Assembly (NCBI RefSeq): GCF_000020025.1
Contig: NC_010628.1
Coordinates: 2,220,001-2,252,000, forward strand
DNA length: 32,000 nucleotides
Source: Nostoc punctiforme PCC 73102
GTDB taxonomy: Bacteria > Cyanobacteriota > Cyanobacteriia > Cyanobacteriales > Nostocaceae
Direction of reading: 5' to 3'
The position numbers and the translations under genes are program-made. This document shows positions 1-8,792 of the stretch, one piece after another. Numbering within the stretch: the stretch's first letter is position 1; each line of letters opens with the position of its first letter. A model generated the notes under the pieces. That model saw only the letters and a program-made list of their open reading frames with translations, was not told the origin of the DNA and made no database searches.

Positions 1-2170
1 GTTTGGATTCCAGAATCGGCTGCGCTCGTTCCCACAAAGGAACCACTTGCAAGACATCTATAATCGTGCCGCTGAGACTGGTAGCTCCACCGATAAATGT
101 GCCAAATGCTGCATTAAATGCTAAAAATACACCTGTAGATAAACCACCTTCTGGGGAATTGGCTTGCTGAAGTAAACTGCTGGCGAACCAGAAGAGGATT
201 GCTGTAGTCAATACAGGCAAGATTTTATTAATCACAGCCAGAGCATCTTCAATGCCTTGGGTACTCAGCATCCATTTGATTTGCTGACTATACTGTTTTC
301 CCCAAAAAGCAAAGGCGCGGGCTTCTGCGCCTGCAACTCGCAATTTGCTAACGCCGTTGATTAACTGCACCATTACCCCTGAGAGTTGTCCTTGTAACTC
401 TAGTAAGGGACGAACCTTCCGTAGAGTGTAAATTCCCGAAACCAGAGTAATAGTAATGTTGACAAAAGCAACAAGAGTGGCAATTAACGCTAGCGAACCG
501 TTGTAATAAAAAAGCAGTCCTAAATTCAGAAACGCGAACAAACTGGTGAAAATACTTCTAAGAACCGTGCTACTAAGCTTTTGGCGGATTTGGCTAATGG
601 CGCTTACCCGTGAATTTAAGTCTCCAGTTGAGTACTGACGGAAGAATGATGCTTTTAGATTCAATAACCGATCCCAGACTGCTGCTTGGGTGGAAGCATC
701 GGCAAAGGTTTCCACGCGCATGATTGCAAAGCCTTGAGCAAGTTGAAACAAGGTGCTACCAAATGCAGTTGCTAGCAGCGCTAAGGCAATTTGCACTAAT
801 AAGCCGCGATTGGCATCAGGAATGGCACTGTCAATCAAGATGGCCATAGCTTGGGGGACAATCATTCCTAATAAACTCGTCGCCATACCCGCAGCCAAGA
901 CAATCAACAATTCCTTGTAGTGTCCTTGGAGAGCAAATTTCAGTAAATCGATGGTGGTGAGAACTTTATCAGGTAATGGGCGATAGAAGGTATAGCCCGT
1001 TAGCGCCAGTTTAATCGCACTTTTAGCATTAACCGGAGTGCGCGATCGCTTAATTGGATCAAAAATCTCATAGCGGGTATCAGACACAGGTAACAGCGCC
1101 ACAGGATTGTTATCTTCTAGCGTGTAAGCCAGCATTGCACCGCAATCCTTCTTCCACCATTGACCTTGTAAAGCGATCGTTCGGGTTCGTAAACGAGAAG
1201 CACGAGCGATCGCTTGTAGCGGATCTTGAACTCGTTTCAGGTCTTCAGACTTAGCTGGTGGTCGAATCGTCACACCCAAAGTTCGCCCCACAGCACCCGC
1301 AGCAATCAGCAAAGCTTGGTCAAAATCATTGGCTTCAATTTGAGCAGAAGCGGCAATTTGTGGAGATTGCAGCAACGAGGCTAACTCGCCCAGCGTCTCC
1401 TTCATTACATGATCGTTGAGGTGTTGCCGTTCTTGAAATCGGTTTAATTCTACCGCTTTTTCTTGCTGTTCCAGAAGAAAAAGACTCTGAAGAAAGTAGA
1501 CTTGAATTTGGAAAATCCCCCTCAACAGAGTATTTCCATCCTCAATCTCAGACGTAGTTAGGATTTCTAGCTCGGTTGTATCTTCAGCTTGAAACCACAT
1601 ATCTGCGCTCAACGGCACCAATCCTGATTGAGGCATGACTAAGAGTGTCTCAAACCCCATCCAAACCGCATAACCACGCTGAATTTGCACCCAGGATACC
1701 AGTTCTCGCTGTGGTTGGAAAATCTGACCATTGCTGAGTGAGAAATAGCGAACCCCTTCTTCTTGAAACGGCAGTCCAGGTGGAGTAATAGAAGACAGCG
1801 CCAATCCTAGTTGCTCAATCCATCCCTCTATTAAAGTTACGGCTTCACCATTGCGATCGCTAATAAATTCCCGAAAATCTTTCCTTGAAACTTTCATAAG
1901 TTCCGTTTCTTCAATCGACACCGCCAGAAGTTGATACGGTATCGGCTGAGAATCACTAATGATGCCAAACATTGCCTGTCTAGTTCGGGTGGTAAATAAA
2001 TAGCGGCGACTTCCCTCAGCAATTCCCTCTTTCACCGGAATCGCAAACACCGCTAATGAACCCGATTTTACGATCCAAATCGTCTTCGGGTCATTGAGAA
2101 TAATTGGCTCATTGCCTTTGAAGTGATAGTACTCTCCCGGCAGGGTAGCGCTGCGAATTTGATCTAACAT
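1..2170 (-). CDS. ABC transporter subunit, partial (3' end beyond the left edge). It has an N-terminal cNMP-binding-like domain, a non-catalytic C39-like region and an ABC membrane domain. It resembles the peptidase-less second transporter of NHLP/Nif11-type bacteriocin export cassettes.
   Basis: It is missing from the ORF track because no stop falls in the window. Manual translation from ATG at 2170-2168 gives MLDQIRSATLPGEYYHFKGNEPIILNDPKTIWIVKSGSLAVFAIP..., and the same frame is still open at base 2 (...IIDVLQVVPLWERAQPILESK). Multiple hydrophobic helices typical of an ABC membrane domain lie in the 3' half. No minus-strand ORF of 60 aa or more is listed here, which fits one open-ended ORF. 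Confidence 0.75.
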   Translation of the reverse strand, partial: MLDQIRSATLPGEYYHFKGNEPIILNDPKTIWIVKSGSLAVFAIPVKEGIAEGSRRYLFTTRTRQAMFGIISDSQPIPYQLLAVSIEETELMKVSRKDFREFISDRNGEAVTLIEGWIEQLGLALSSITPPGLPFQEEGVRYFSLSNGQIFQPQRELVSWVQIQRGYAVWMGFETLLVMPQSGLVPLSADMWFQAEDTTELEILTTSEIEDGNTLLRGIFQIQVYFLQSLFLLEQQEKAVELNRFQERQHLNDHVMKETLGELASLLQSPQIAASAQIEANDFDQALLIAAGAVGRTLGVTIRPPAKSEDLKRVQDPLQAIARASRLRTRTIALQGQWWKKDCGAMLAYTLEDNNPVALLPVSDTRYEIFDPIKRSRTPVNAKSAIKLALTGYTFYRPLPDKVLTTIDLLKFALQGHYKELLIVLAAGMATSLLGMIVPQAMAILIDSAIPDANRGLLVQIALALLATAFGSTLFQLAQGFAIMRVETFADASTQAAVWDRLLNLKASFFRQYSTGDLNSRVSAISQIRQKLSSTVLRSIFTSLFAFLNLGLLFYYNGSLALIATLVAFVNITITLVSGIYTLRKVRPLLELQGQLSGVMVQLINGVSKLRVAGAEARAFAFWGKQYSQQIKWMLSTQGIEDALAVINKILPVLTTAILFWFASSLLQQANSPEGGLSTGVFLAFNAAFGTFIGGATSLSGTIIDVLQVVPLWERAQPILESK

Positions 2171-2335
2171 ATATATTCCTGCTCCCTAAAATTAATATAA
2201 AATCGAATAATTTTTGACATTTAACGTGTATACTTACCTCTTGCCTCATCCGAGATCGGCTAAAAATTTCAGACAAACATTAATCAACACCAACTCTCTA
2301 AAATGAAACAACAGATTTAACTCTGACCTTTCCGC

Positions 2336-2366
2336 AATTTTTAATTTTTGATTTTTAATTTTTAAT
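2336..2366. repeat. Tandem heptamers (AATTTTT/GATTTTT) in the spacer between the two ABC genes
   Basis: aattttt aattttt gattttt aattttt read directly from the sequence. Resembles STRR-type heptamer repeats of heterocystous cyanobacteria. Confidence 0.6.
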
Positions 2367-2371
2367 TCTAA

Positions 2372-4636
2372 TCACTCCTCCTGAGCCGCTTCCCCTTCAC
2401 TGCGAATCAATTGCAAATACTTACCTTCAACCTTCTGCAATTCTTCATGGCTACCGCGTTGTACCACCTTGCCGCGATCGAAGACAATAATTTCGTCACA
2501 ATCCCGAATTGTGCTTAACCGATGCGCCACAATTACACAAGTACAGCCACGCTCCCGGAGTCTCTGATCGATCGTCTTTTCTGCCTCGGAATCAAGCGCA
2601 CTGGTCGCTTCATCCATCACCAAAATTGCCGGATTATTCACTAAAGTGCGGGCAATTTCTAATCGCTGTCGCTGCCCACCGCTCAAATTAGATGCCCCTT
2701 CTGCGAGGTCAGCGTTGTAGCCTCCAGGCATGGAAAGTACTACATCCTGAATAGCGGCATCTTTACAAGCGCGAACCAAGTTACTAAAAGGAACAGTCGA
2801 ATCCCAAAGCGTAAGATTGTCGCGCACAGTGCCTGCAAATAGTGAGATATCTTGCTCAACAAGCGCAATTGAATTAGTCAGAATCGATCGCGGAATATGT
2901 TTTCTGGGTTTACCATCAAATAAAATCTCTCCCGCCCACTGTTCGTATAATCCACACACCAACTTGGCGACGGTTGACTTACCCGAACCACTGCCACCCA
3001 CTAAAGCAACTCGTTGACCGGGTTTAAGTGAAAGACTAAAATTTTCGATTAAGGGAGGTGCAGAGCGGTTATAGCCAAAGGTGATATTACGGAGTTCAAC
3101 ATAGCCCTGAAGTCGAACGTTTGCGGCAGGTAGTTGAGTTGGCGATATACTAATGTCTCGCTCTACGGCAGGATCGATCGGATTGCGTAACACATCATCT
3201 AACCTACCCAAATTGCCTTCCATTTCCTGGAGTTCACCCGCTAAACTCACCAGATTATTTACAGGCTCTAAAAATCTTTGCATCAAGGCTTGAAAGGCAA
3301 TGAGCATCCCAATACTGAGTACACCATCCATTACCCGTAGCCCTCCCACCGCTAGCAAAAGCATGGATGTAATGGAGGTGAGAAATGACGGCAATACACC
3401 TAGGTTTTGATTAGTCGTATCCATTTCTTGCCGAGCATTAATTGCCTTAGCGTAATAACCTGCCCAGCGCGAAAAGAATTCTGACTCTAGCCCGGATGCT
3501 TTGAGCGTTTCCATACTTTGCAGTCCAGAAATCGCTACTCCATTGACTTTGCCTTGTTCTTGCATTAATCGCAAGTTGGCATCGACGCGCTGCCGTGAAA
3601 CCCATCGCCACACGCTGACATTCACGATTACAAAGGCAATGCCGATCGCAGTGAGAACGACATCATATTGCAACATGACTGCGGCATAAAAGATAACGGT
3701 GAAGGCTGAAATTACTGTCGTCGCTAATCTTCCTGAGAGCAGATTCGCCAAGCTATCGTTGAGGCGGACACGGCTACTAATTTCACCAGCAAATCGCTGA
3801 TCGTAAAAACTCACTGGCAGCCGGAGAATATGCCACAAGAATCGGCTAGACATCCCCACAGCCAGCTTAATTTTCATGCGTCGCAAAAATTGCAACTGAA
3901 GCAATGTTAAAAAACCATTCAATATGGCTGTGAGGATCATCCCTAAAATTAATGGTCGCAACCAATCACTTCTGCCTTCAATCAAAACATTATCAACAAA
4001 GGCTTGGGAGAACGCAGGGATGGCTAATCCGGGAATCACTAACAGCAAACCAGCGATCACACAATAAACCAATGCTCCTAGAGAACTCTGCAATCGATCC
4101 CATAAGGATAATGTCAGGCTCGGTTTCCGTCCTCCTGGCTGGAATTCTGCACTCGGTTCACCAACTAGTACTACCCCGGTAAAAGACTGATCGAATTCTG
4201 GGAGTGAAACTGTGCGCGGCCCGGTGGCAGGATCGTTAAGATAAACTTTGTCTTTGGCAAATCCTTCGACTATTAGAAAATGGTTGAAATTCCAAAAGAC
4301 AATATAAGGACATTGCAGTTTGCGTAACCCAGCTAAATCGACCTTAAAGCCTTTTGCCTGCAAACCATAGCTGCGAGCCGCATTGAGAATATTAGATGCT
4401 TTACTGCCATCTCGGGAAACACCACAAGCTTGACGGAGTTCTGCAAGGGGTACAATGCGATTATAGTATCCTAAAATAATTCCCAGTGCGGCTGCACCGC
4501 ATTCCACTGCCTCCATTTGTAAGAGGGTGGGAGTCCGACGACGGCGATCGGGACGGCTGAAGAGCCGTTGAAATTTTTTAAATCGAAGCCCAATTTGTGA
4601 TTGAATTTGCCGCATAATCAATACATTCCACTCCAC
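2372..4636 (-). CDS. Bacteriocin/peptide-exporting ABC transporter with an N-terminal C39 peptidase domain (peptidase + permease + ATPase)
   Basis: C39 motifs: QMEAVECGAAAL (catalytic Cys), NFNHFLIVEGF (His), YLNDPA (Asp). Walker A GGSGSGKST, ABC signature LSGGQRQR, Walker B ILVMDEATSALD. An alternative start at 4615-4613 (MRQIQSQ...) lies 2 nt after the HlyD stop and suggests translational coupling. Confidence 0.92.
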   Translation of the reverse strand: MEWNVLIMRQIQSQIGLRFKKFQRLFSRPDRRRRTPTLLQMEAVECGAAALGIILGYYNRIVPLAELRQACGVSRDGSKASNILNAARSYGLQAKGFKVDLAGLRKLQCPYIVFWNFNHFLIVEGFAKDKVYLNDPATGPRTVSLPEFDQSFTGVVLVGEPSAEFQPGGRKPSLTLSLWDRLQSSLGALVYCVIAGLLLVIPGLAIPAFSQAFVDNVLIEGRSDWLRPLILGMILTAILNGFLTLLQLQFLRRMKIKLAVGMSSRFLWHILRLPVSFYDQRFAGEISSRVRLNDSLANLLSGRLATTVISAFTVIFYAAVMLQYDVVLTAIGIAFVIVNVSVWRWVSRQRVDANLRLMQEQGKVNGVAISGLQSMETLKASGLESEFFSRWAGYYAKAINARQEMDTTNQNLGVLPSFLTSITSMLLLAVGGLRVMDGVLSIGMLIAFQALMQRFLEPVNNLVSLAGELQEMEGNLGRLDDVLRNPIDPAVERDISISPTQLPAANVRLQGYVELRNITFGYNRSAPPLIENFSLSLKPGQRVALVGGSGSGKSTVAKLVCGLYEQWAGEILFDGKPRKHIPRSILTNSIALVEQDISLFAGTVRDNLTLWDSTVPFSNLVRACKDAAIQDVVLSMPGGYNADLAEGASNLSGGQRQRLEIARTLVNNPAILVMDEATSALDSEAEKTIDQRLRERGCTCVIVAHRLSTIRDCDEIIVFDRGKVVQRGSHEELQKVEGKYLQLIRSEGEAAQEE

Positions 4637-6075
4637 GATCGCAGAATCGGAAACACAAAGGAAATCGGGGATTGTTCATCCACTTTTACACGCACTGAAG
4701 TAGTGGTTCCTGGTGTAATTTGGCTATTTGGCCCTTTAGAGGATGACCACCGAAAATGGCTTTTAGTCGAGGGATCTGGCTCAAGTTCCGCAAAAACTTG
4801 AATTTGTGCGCCTTCTGTGGTTAACCCTTGTAAAACTTCTAGACCACCGACAACACTTGATGCGCTTTCCTTACTAACCGGAAATGCAGAAATACTTGTG
4901 ACTTTCCCGATAATACCACCAAAGCGTTCTCGTTTAACGGTCGAAGGAGTGACTTGCAACTCCATCCCCTTTTGAATCTTTTTGCCTTCGCTGACCGGGA
5001 AGAATGCCACCCCAACTAACTTATTCCCGGAGTCTCTAGCTTCGATTGTGCCAATGCGAGCGCCCTTTTCCAGGGTTTGTCCAGGAACAGCAGAAAGTTC
5101 TAGAATTCGTCCATTGAAATTGCTAGTAACCTGGCTGTTTGCCTTGATTTCTAATTTTAATTCTGCGATCGCTCGCTGGGTGTCTTGAATTTCTTTTCTT
5201 CGATTAGTAGAAATAGCTAAATCTTGTTCTGCTTGCCCAGCAAACTTACTGTCTAATACTGCTAACTGTGCTTGCAGTTCTTTTGTTGAATTGATATTTG
5301 CTAAGAATTCTCTTTCTGCATCCGCTTCTTTAACATTAAGTTGTTTGAGTTGCGATTCGATTTCATTGATTTTGGTTTTACTGTTGAGAAATTCCTGTTG
5401 CGCCTGAAGAACGGTATCACTCGAAACTGCTCCTTCTTCGCGTAGCTTTTGGCGAATGTCAAATCGTTCTTTGAACGTGGGCATCAAATCTCGCGTTGTC
5501 TGCAACTGTTCCTGTAAGTTCTGACGCTCTTGCCGAATCGACTCCAGACCTTTACTTCTGAGAATTGGTGTTAGTGATTGGGTTGTTTTGAGAGTTTGCA
5601 GGAGTGCTTGACGTTGTTGCCCAATTGCACCCTTATCTAAAACCGTTCGCTGAAGTTGCAGAGAATTGGCATTTTGGTCTTGTTCCTGAAGTTGAGCAAG
5701 CTTGACTCGTGCAAGTTTCAACTTATCTTGAAGTTCAGTTTGGTCGATTGTTGCTAGTACCTGTCCTTTCTTCACCTCATCGCCTGTACGAACAAAAAGC
5801 ATGAGAATCTGCCCGGAACTAGGAGACTGGAACCCAACGACTTTGCTAGGAAAAACCACTACGCCTTGTCCAGCTACAGTAATGGGAATGCGACCAAAAA
5901 CACTCCAAACAAGTCCAACAACAATTAGAGATCCCATCGCAGTTAACGGTATCCATTTCTTTGGTTGAACCACCTGCATGAGTTGATCGAGCCGCTCCGG
6001 GGAGGATAAACGATCGAGTGCTTCTTTGCGGAATAGATTGCTTTTGTTGGTCGTTACCATACTGACTCCATTCAA
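4618..6075 (-). CDS. HlyD-family membrane fusion / secretion adaptor protein
   Basis: N-terminal FRKEALDRLSSPERLDQL followed by one TM helix. A long Q/E/L-rich coiled-coil middle follows, then a C-terminal beta-barrel-like region. It lies directly upstream of, and overlaps, the C39-ABC gene. Confidence 0.85.
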   Translation of the reverse strand: MNGVSMVTTNKSNLFRKEALDRLSSPERLDQLMQVVQPKKWIPLTAMGSLIVVGLVWSVFGRIPITVAGQGVVVFPSKVVGFQSPSSGQILMLFVRTGDEVKKGQVLATIDQTELQDKLKLARVKLAQLQEQDQNANSLQLQRTVLDKGAIGQQRQALLQTLKTTQSLTPILRSKGLESIRQERQNLQEQLQTTRDLMPTFKERFDIRQKLREEGAVSSDTVLQAQQEFLNSKTKINEIESQLKQLNVKEADAEREFLANINSTKELQAQLAVLDSKFAGQAEQDLAISTNRRKEIQDTQRAIAELKLEIKANSQVTSNFNGRILELSAVPGQTLEKGARIGTIEARDSGNKLVGVAFFPVSEGKKIQKGMELQVTPSTVKRERFGGIIGKVTSISAFPVSKESASSVVGGLEVLQGLTTEGAQIQVFAELEPDPSTKSHFRWSSSKGPNSQITPGTTTSVRVKVDEQSPISFVFPILRSWSGMY

Positions 6076-6096
6076 GTTGTAGAAATTTGTATATTA

Positions 6097-6124
6097 GGGA
6101 ATTGGGAATTGGGAATGAGGGGAG
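6097..6124. repeat. Tandem heptamers (GGGAATT) between the CNB-like gene and the HlyD gene
   Basis: gggaatt gggaatt gggaatg aggggag read directly. Confidence 0.6.
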
Positions 6125-6185
6125 CAAAGGAAGTCGGGGAAAATCAGAGAGAAGAATTAATAACCTATGCCCAATGACAAATGAC

Positions 6186-7283
6186 CTAATTCCCGCGAAT
6201 CTGCTTCAGCATCCAATCAAATCGAGTCCCAGCCAATGTCACTTGAGCCAAAAAGCTCGAACTCAGTTCATCTTCATAAGTCAAGCGTTCATCTAAAGAT
6301 TTACCTGAGCTATAGTTAATCCTGCCGTAACCCAGACTATTGATGATTCCTTGCTGTTTATCTGCTAACAAAATCGCTAATACTCGATAAAATCGGGCAG
6401 CAAAACCCACATCGTGTAACAATTTGGCAGAAAGTCGCCATCTGGGAATCGATAACACAGTTGCATCCTCAACCGCCCGAATTGTCATCGCAGGTGGGCT
6501 GGCTTCGACAAAGGGCGTTTCGCCAACTATGTCACCCCGCGATAATCTTGCAAACTCCCGTTCGATATGATCTGTCTGTTCTAAAGTTGAAAAGGCGCGG
6601 GTGAGAGGATTGCTTGTATCTTCAGCAACGGAAGCCACCATCTTGCCATCTAATAAGATATAGAGAGCATCAACAGGTCTTCCGGCTTGAAACAACACCG
6701 TTCCCGCAGGAAGTCTCATAGCATTTCCTGCAACAATCATCCAACCAATATCGCTATCATTTAATTCTGCAAATGTAAATAAGATTTCTCGAATTTGGGG
6801 CTGAAAAAGCACGACTGTGCTTTGGCCAATTTGACCGATCATCTGCTCTAATCGGTGAGAAAGTAGAACTGCGATCGCTCGATAAAAATGGGCAGCAAAT
6901 GTGACATCTTCCTGCAATTTTTGAATCAACTGCTGCTGAGGAATCATCAACACAAGCGACTTTCTAGCGGCTTTGACTGTAGTTGAAGACTGGTAGGAGG
7001 CTAAAAAAGGCATTTCTCCTACAACTTCACCATTTGCCAGCAGTGCAACCTCTCGTCCTGACAGTTCGCCACCTTCAAGGGCGGCAAATGCCCGACCAAT
7101 GGGATTATCGTCAGCCTGAGCGACAGAAACGCTTAATGCACCATCAAGCAGAATGTAGAGAGCATCAACAGGTGTTCCTTGGCGGATGAGAATCGTACCA
7201 GCAGTAATTTCTTCTCTTTGACCCGTTGCCAATATCCAGTCAATATCGCTATTTGTCAGTTCCTTAAGTAGAACTTCTGTCAT
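6186..7283 (-). CDS. Protein with two tandem cyclic-nucleotide-binding-like (CAP effector) domains, associated with the transport genes
   Basis: Internal duplication: GTILIRQGTPVDALYILLDGALSV...GEVVGEMPFL and GTVLFQAGRPVDALYILLDGKMVAS...GDIVGETPFV. SD-like AAGGAAG lies 8 nt upstream of the ATG at 7283. Confidence 0.8.
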   Translation of the reverse strand: MTEVLLKELTNSDIDWILATGQREEITAGTILIRQGTPVDALYILLDGALSVSVAQADDNPIGRAFAALEGGELSGREVALLANGEVVGEMPFLASYQSSTTVKAARKSLVLMIPQQQLIQKLQEDVTFAAHFYRAIAVLLSHRLEQMIGQIGQSTVVLFQPQIREILFTFAELNDSDIGWMIVAGNAMRLPAGTVLFQAGRPVDALYILLDGKMVASVAEDTSNPLTRAFSTLEQTDHIEREFARLSRGDIVGETPFVEASPPAMTIRAVEDATVLSIPRWRLSAKLLHDVGFAARFYRVLAILLADKQQGIINSLGYGRINYSSGKSLDERLTYEDELSSSFLAQVTLAGTRFDWMLKQIRGN

Positions 7284-7330
7284 AATTTAACTTCCTTACG
7301 TTCTGCTAACGGGAGAGAAATAGAGAGGGG

Positions 7331-7351
7331 TAATTCGTAATTCGTAATTTA
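7331..7351. repeat. Tandem heptamers (TAATTCG)
   Basis: taattcg taattcg taattta read directly. Confidence 0.55.
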
Positions 7352-7395
7352 ATTTATGGTTCAGATATAGGGAAGCCTTAACTTAGACTTTCCGC

Positions 7396-7416
7396 AATTT
7401 TGAATTTTGAATTGTT
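7396..7416. repeat. Tandem heptamers (AATTTTG)
   Basis: aattttg aattttg aattgtt read directly. Preceded by the same ctttccgcaatttt motif seen at 2328-2341. Confidence 0.55.
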
Positions 7417-7471
7417 TAACTCCCCATTGCGCGATTGAACTAGGTTGATGAGTTGCTACAGGTTTTTAGCA

Positions 7472-7705
7472 TCAATCACCGCGACCTTCATTCGGCTCAA
7501 CGCTTATTGGTTTATTGTCATTCCAAGAAGGAAACTTTATATTCTCAAGCTTTTTTGCGATCGCTTCAGACAGATTGTTATATTTATCCTCCGTAGGATA
7601 CTCACCTGGATAATGCTCGCCTACGGCAATACCACCCGAAATATTTGCGAGTTCTTGAGGCGATAGCTCTTGTGATTCATTTTGCTTTTTGTTTTCCATT
7701 GCCAT
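7472..7705 (-). CDS. Double-glycine leader peptide P9 (divergent). Leader MAMENKKQNESQELSPQELANISGG; core IAVGEHYPGEYPTEDKYNNLSEAIAKKLENIKFPSWNDNKPISVEPNEGRGD.
   Basis: LSxxELxxIxGG leader motif. AAGGA lies 5 nt upstream of the ATG at 7705. The ORF track's longest version starts at 7720. Confidence 0.6.
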   Translation of the reverse strand: MAMENKKQNESQELSPQELANISGGIAVGEHYPGEYPTEDKYNNLSEAIAKKLENIKFPSWNDNKPISVEPNEGRGD

Positions 7706-7843
7706 TTTTTTCCTTGTCATTTCATTTATTACTAAATTTGCCTAATTTTCTGAAAGTGAAATTATTAATCACACAAGAATAATTTCAGAACGCAGTTGAG
7801 CGAAACTTGTCCAACTGCAATTGATTGATTTGAGAAACTCCGT

Positions 7844-8143
7844 TTATGTAGAACCTTCGATCGCAGATATATCTCCAAACAACTCACCAAGAACCTTTAG
7901 ATCCTCTGTTGTCGCGTCGGTGATGGAGAGGTGGAACACAGAAGAGTCTGTTGTCTCTGCATGAAAAGCCGACCGTTTTGAGTGAAACCCTCGTCCTCGT
8001 GATGTTTGTTGGCTAAATCCCCTTGTCGATCTATGAGATCGTATAGATGTAAACTGCAAATTGAAACCACCAGCTAAATCGTCTAACTCTTCATCTGATA
8101 GTTCGATCGCTTCATCATTCGGAGTAATTTCGTCACCTGACAT
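7844..8143 (-). CDS. Double-glycine leader peptide P8 (divergent). Leader MSGDEITPNDEAIELSDEELDDLAGG; the 73-aa core has an Arg/Lys/His-rich N-half and an acidic C-half.
   Basis: AAGGAG (rc of 8149-8154) lies 5 nt upstream of the ATG at 8143-8141. The ELSDEELDDLAGG leader matches its neighbours. The track ORF (to 8269) adds 42 residues with no leader-like character. Confidence 0.65.
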   Translation of the reverse strand: MSGDEITPNDEAIELSDEELDDLAGGFNLQFTSIRSHRSTRGFSQQTSRGRGFHSKRSAFHAETTDSSVFHLSITDATTEDLKVLGELFGDISAIEGST

Positions 8144-8265
8144 AGAAGCTCCTTGACCCCACATGTTAAATTTAAATAAGGCGGAGGGAGTTAACCGAGT
8201 GGCTGCTAGGCTCATGGTTAACAACCCCTCCTGCTCCTGAAATTTGTCAAACTGAGAAATCCAGA

Positions 8266-8505
8266 TCAAGCTTCAGGGCTAGAAATACCAGCTTCCTTAA
8301 ACTCTCTAAGGTCTTGCTCAGAGAAAACGCTCACTTGAAAGGTAACGCTCTTAATGCCGCCTTCTTTAGGAATTTCCACAAAACCAAACTGAAAATCTTC
8401 GGCATTTGCGTTTGTTCCCAAGACATCGCTAGTTGCGCCACCAGCAATATAATCAAGTTCTTGATTGGATAGTTCCAGCATTTCATTAGGCTGCACATTT
8501 TCCAT
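8266..8505 (-). CDS. Double-glycine leader peptide P7. Leader MENVQPNEMLELSNQELDYIAGG; core ATSDVLGTNANAEDFQFGFVEIPKEGGIKSVTFQVSVFSEQDLREFKEAGISSPEA.
   Basis: GG leader motif. The core shares the GGI and DLRE(I/F)K motifs with P1-P6. AAGGAG lies upstream at a rather long ~13-nt spacing. Confidence 0.7.
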   Translation of the reverse strand: MENVQPNEMLELSNQELDYIAGGATSDVLGTNANAEDFQFGFVEIPKEGGIKSVTFQVSVFSEQDLREFKEAGISSPEA

Positions 8506-8534
8506 GATCTTTGTCGTTCTCCTTGTGATGTTGA

Positions 8535-8792
8535 TTATGAGCCTAGAAAATTACTAGGAATTCCGCTAGGAAATTCTTCTCCAGTGAATTTGATTTCGCG
8601 CAAATCTTGTTGAGATATAGTAGTTTCCTGACTGTTGAAGGATGCAATGCCGCCATCAGCACCGATAATCACTGCACTAGTTTGCTTATCCGAAAAGTTG
8701 AAGTTGTGAGCATCAACAAAGCTAAAAGCACCACCAGCAACGTTGTCCAATTCCTCAGCAGATAGTTCTACGGGCTTAATGTTGTCAGACAT
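8535..8792 (-). CDS. Double-glycine leader peptide P6. Its leader is identical to the array copies and its core has diverged.
   Basis: MSDNIKPVELSAEELDNVAGG|AFSFVDAHNFNFSDKQTSAVIIGADGGIASFNSQETTISQQDLREIKFTGEEFPSGIPSNFLGS. GAGGAG SD lies ~9 nt upstream. Confidence 0.8.
   Translation of the reverse strand: MSDNIKPVELSAEELDNVAGGAFSFVDAHNFNFSDKQTSAVIIGADGGIASFNSQETTISQQDLREIKFTGEEFPSGIPSNFLGS

Noticed and set aside
1054-1254. 66-aa plus-strand ORF
   Set aside because: It lies antisense within the long open minus-strand ABC transporter frame.
2509-5188. Several 60-76-aa plus-strand ORFs (2509, 2817, 3501, 3952, 4601, 4982)
   Set aside because: All are antisense within the well-supported C39-ABC and HlyD genes. 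They are typical shadow ORFs.
7844-8143. PatS/HetN/PatX-like heterocyst-patterning peptide (RGSGR motif)
   Set aside because: P8 contains SRGRGF and TRGF, not RG(S/T)GR. P9 ends in GRGD. None of these matches the pentapeptide, so the resemblance is superficial.
8144-8269. 42-residue N-terminal extension of the P8 ORF (track start at 8269, overlapping the P7 stop)
   Set aside because: The extension has no leader-like features. A strong AAGGAG-5nt-ATG lies at 8143, and the resulting 26-aa leader matches the neighbours in length.
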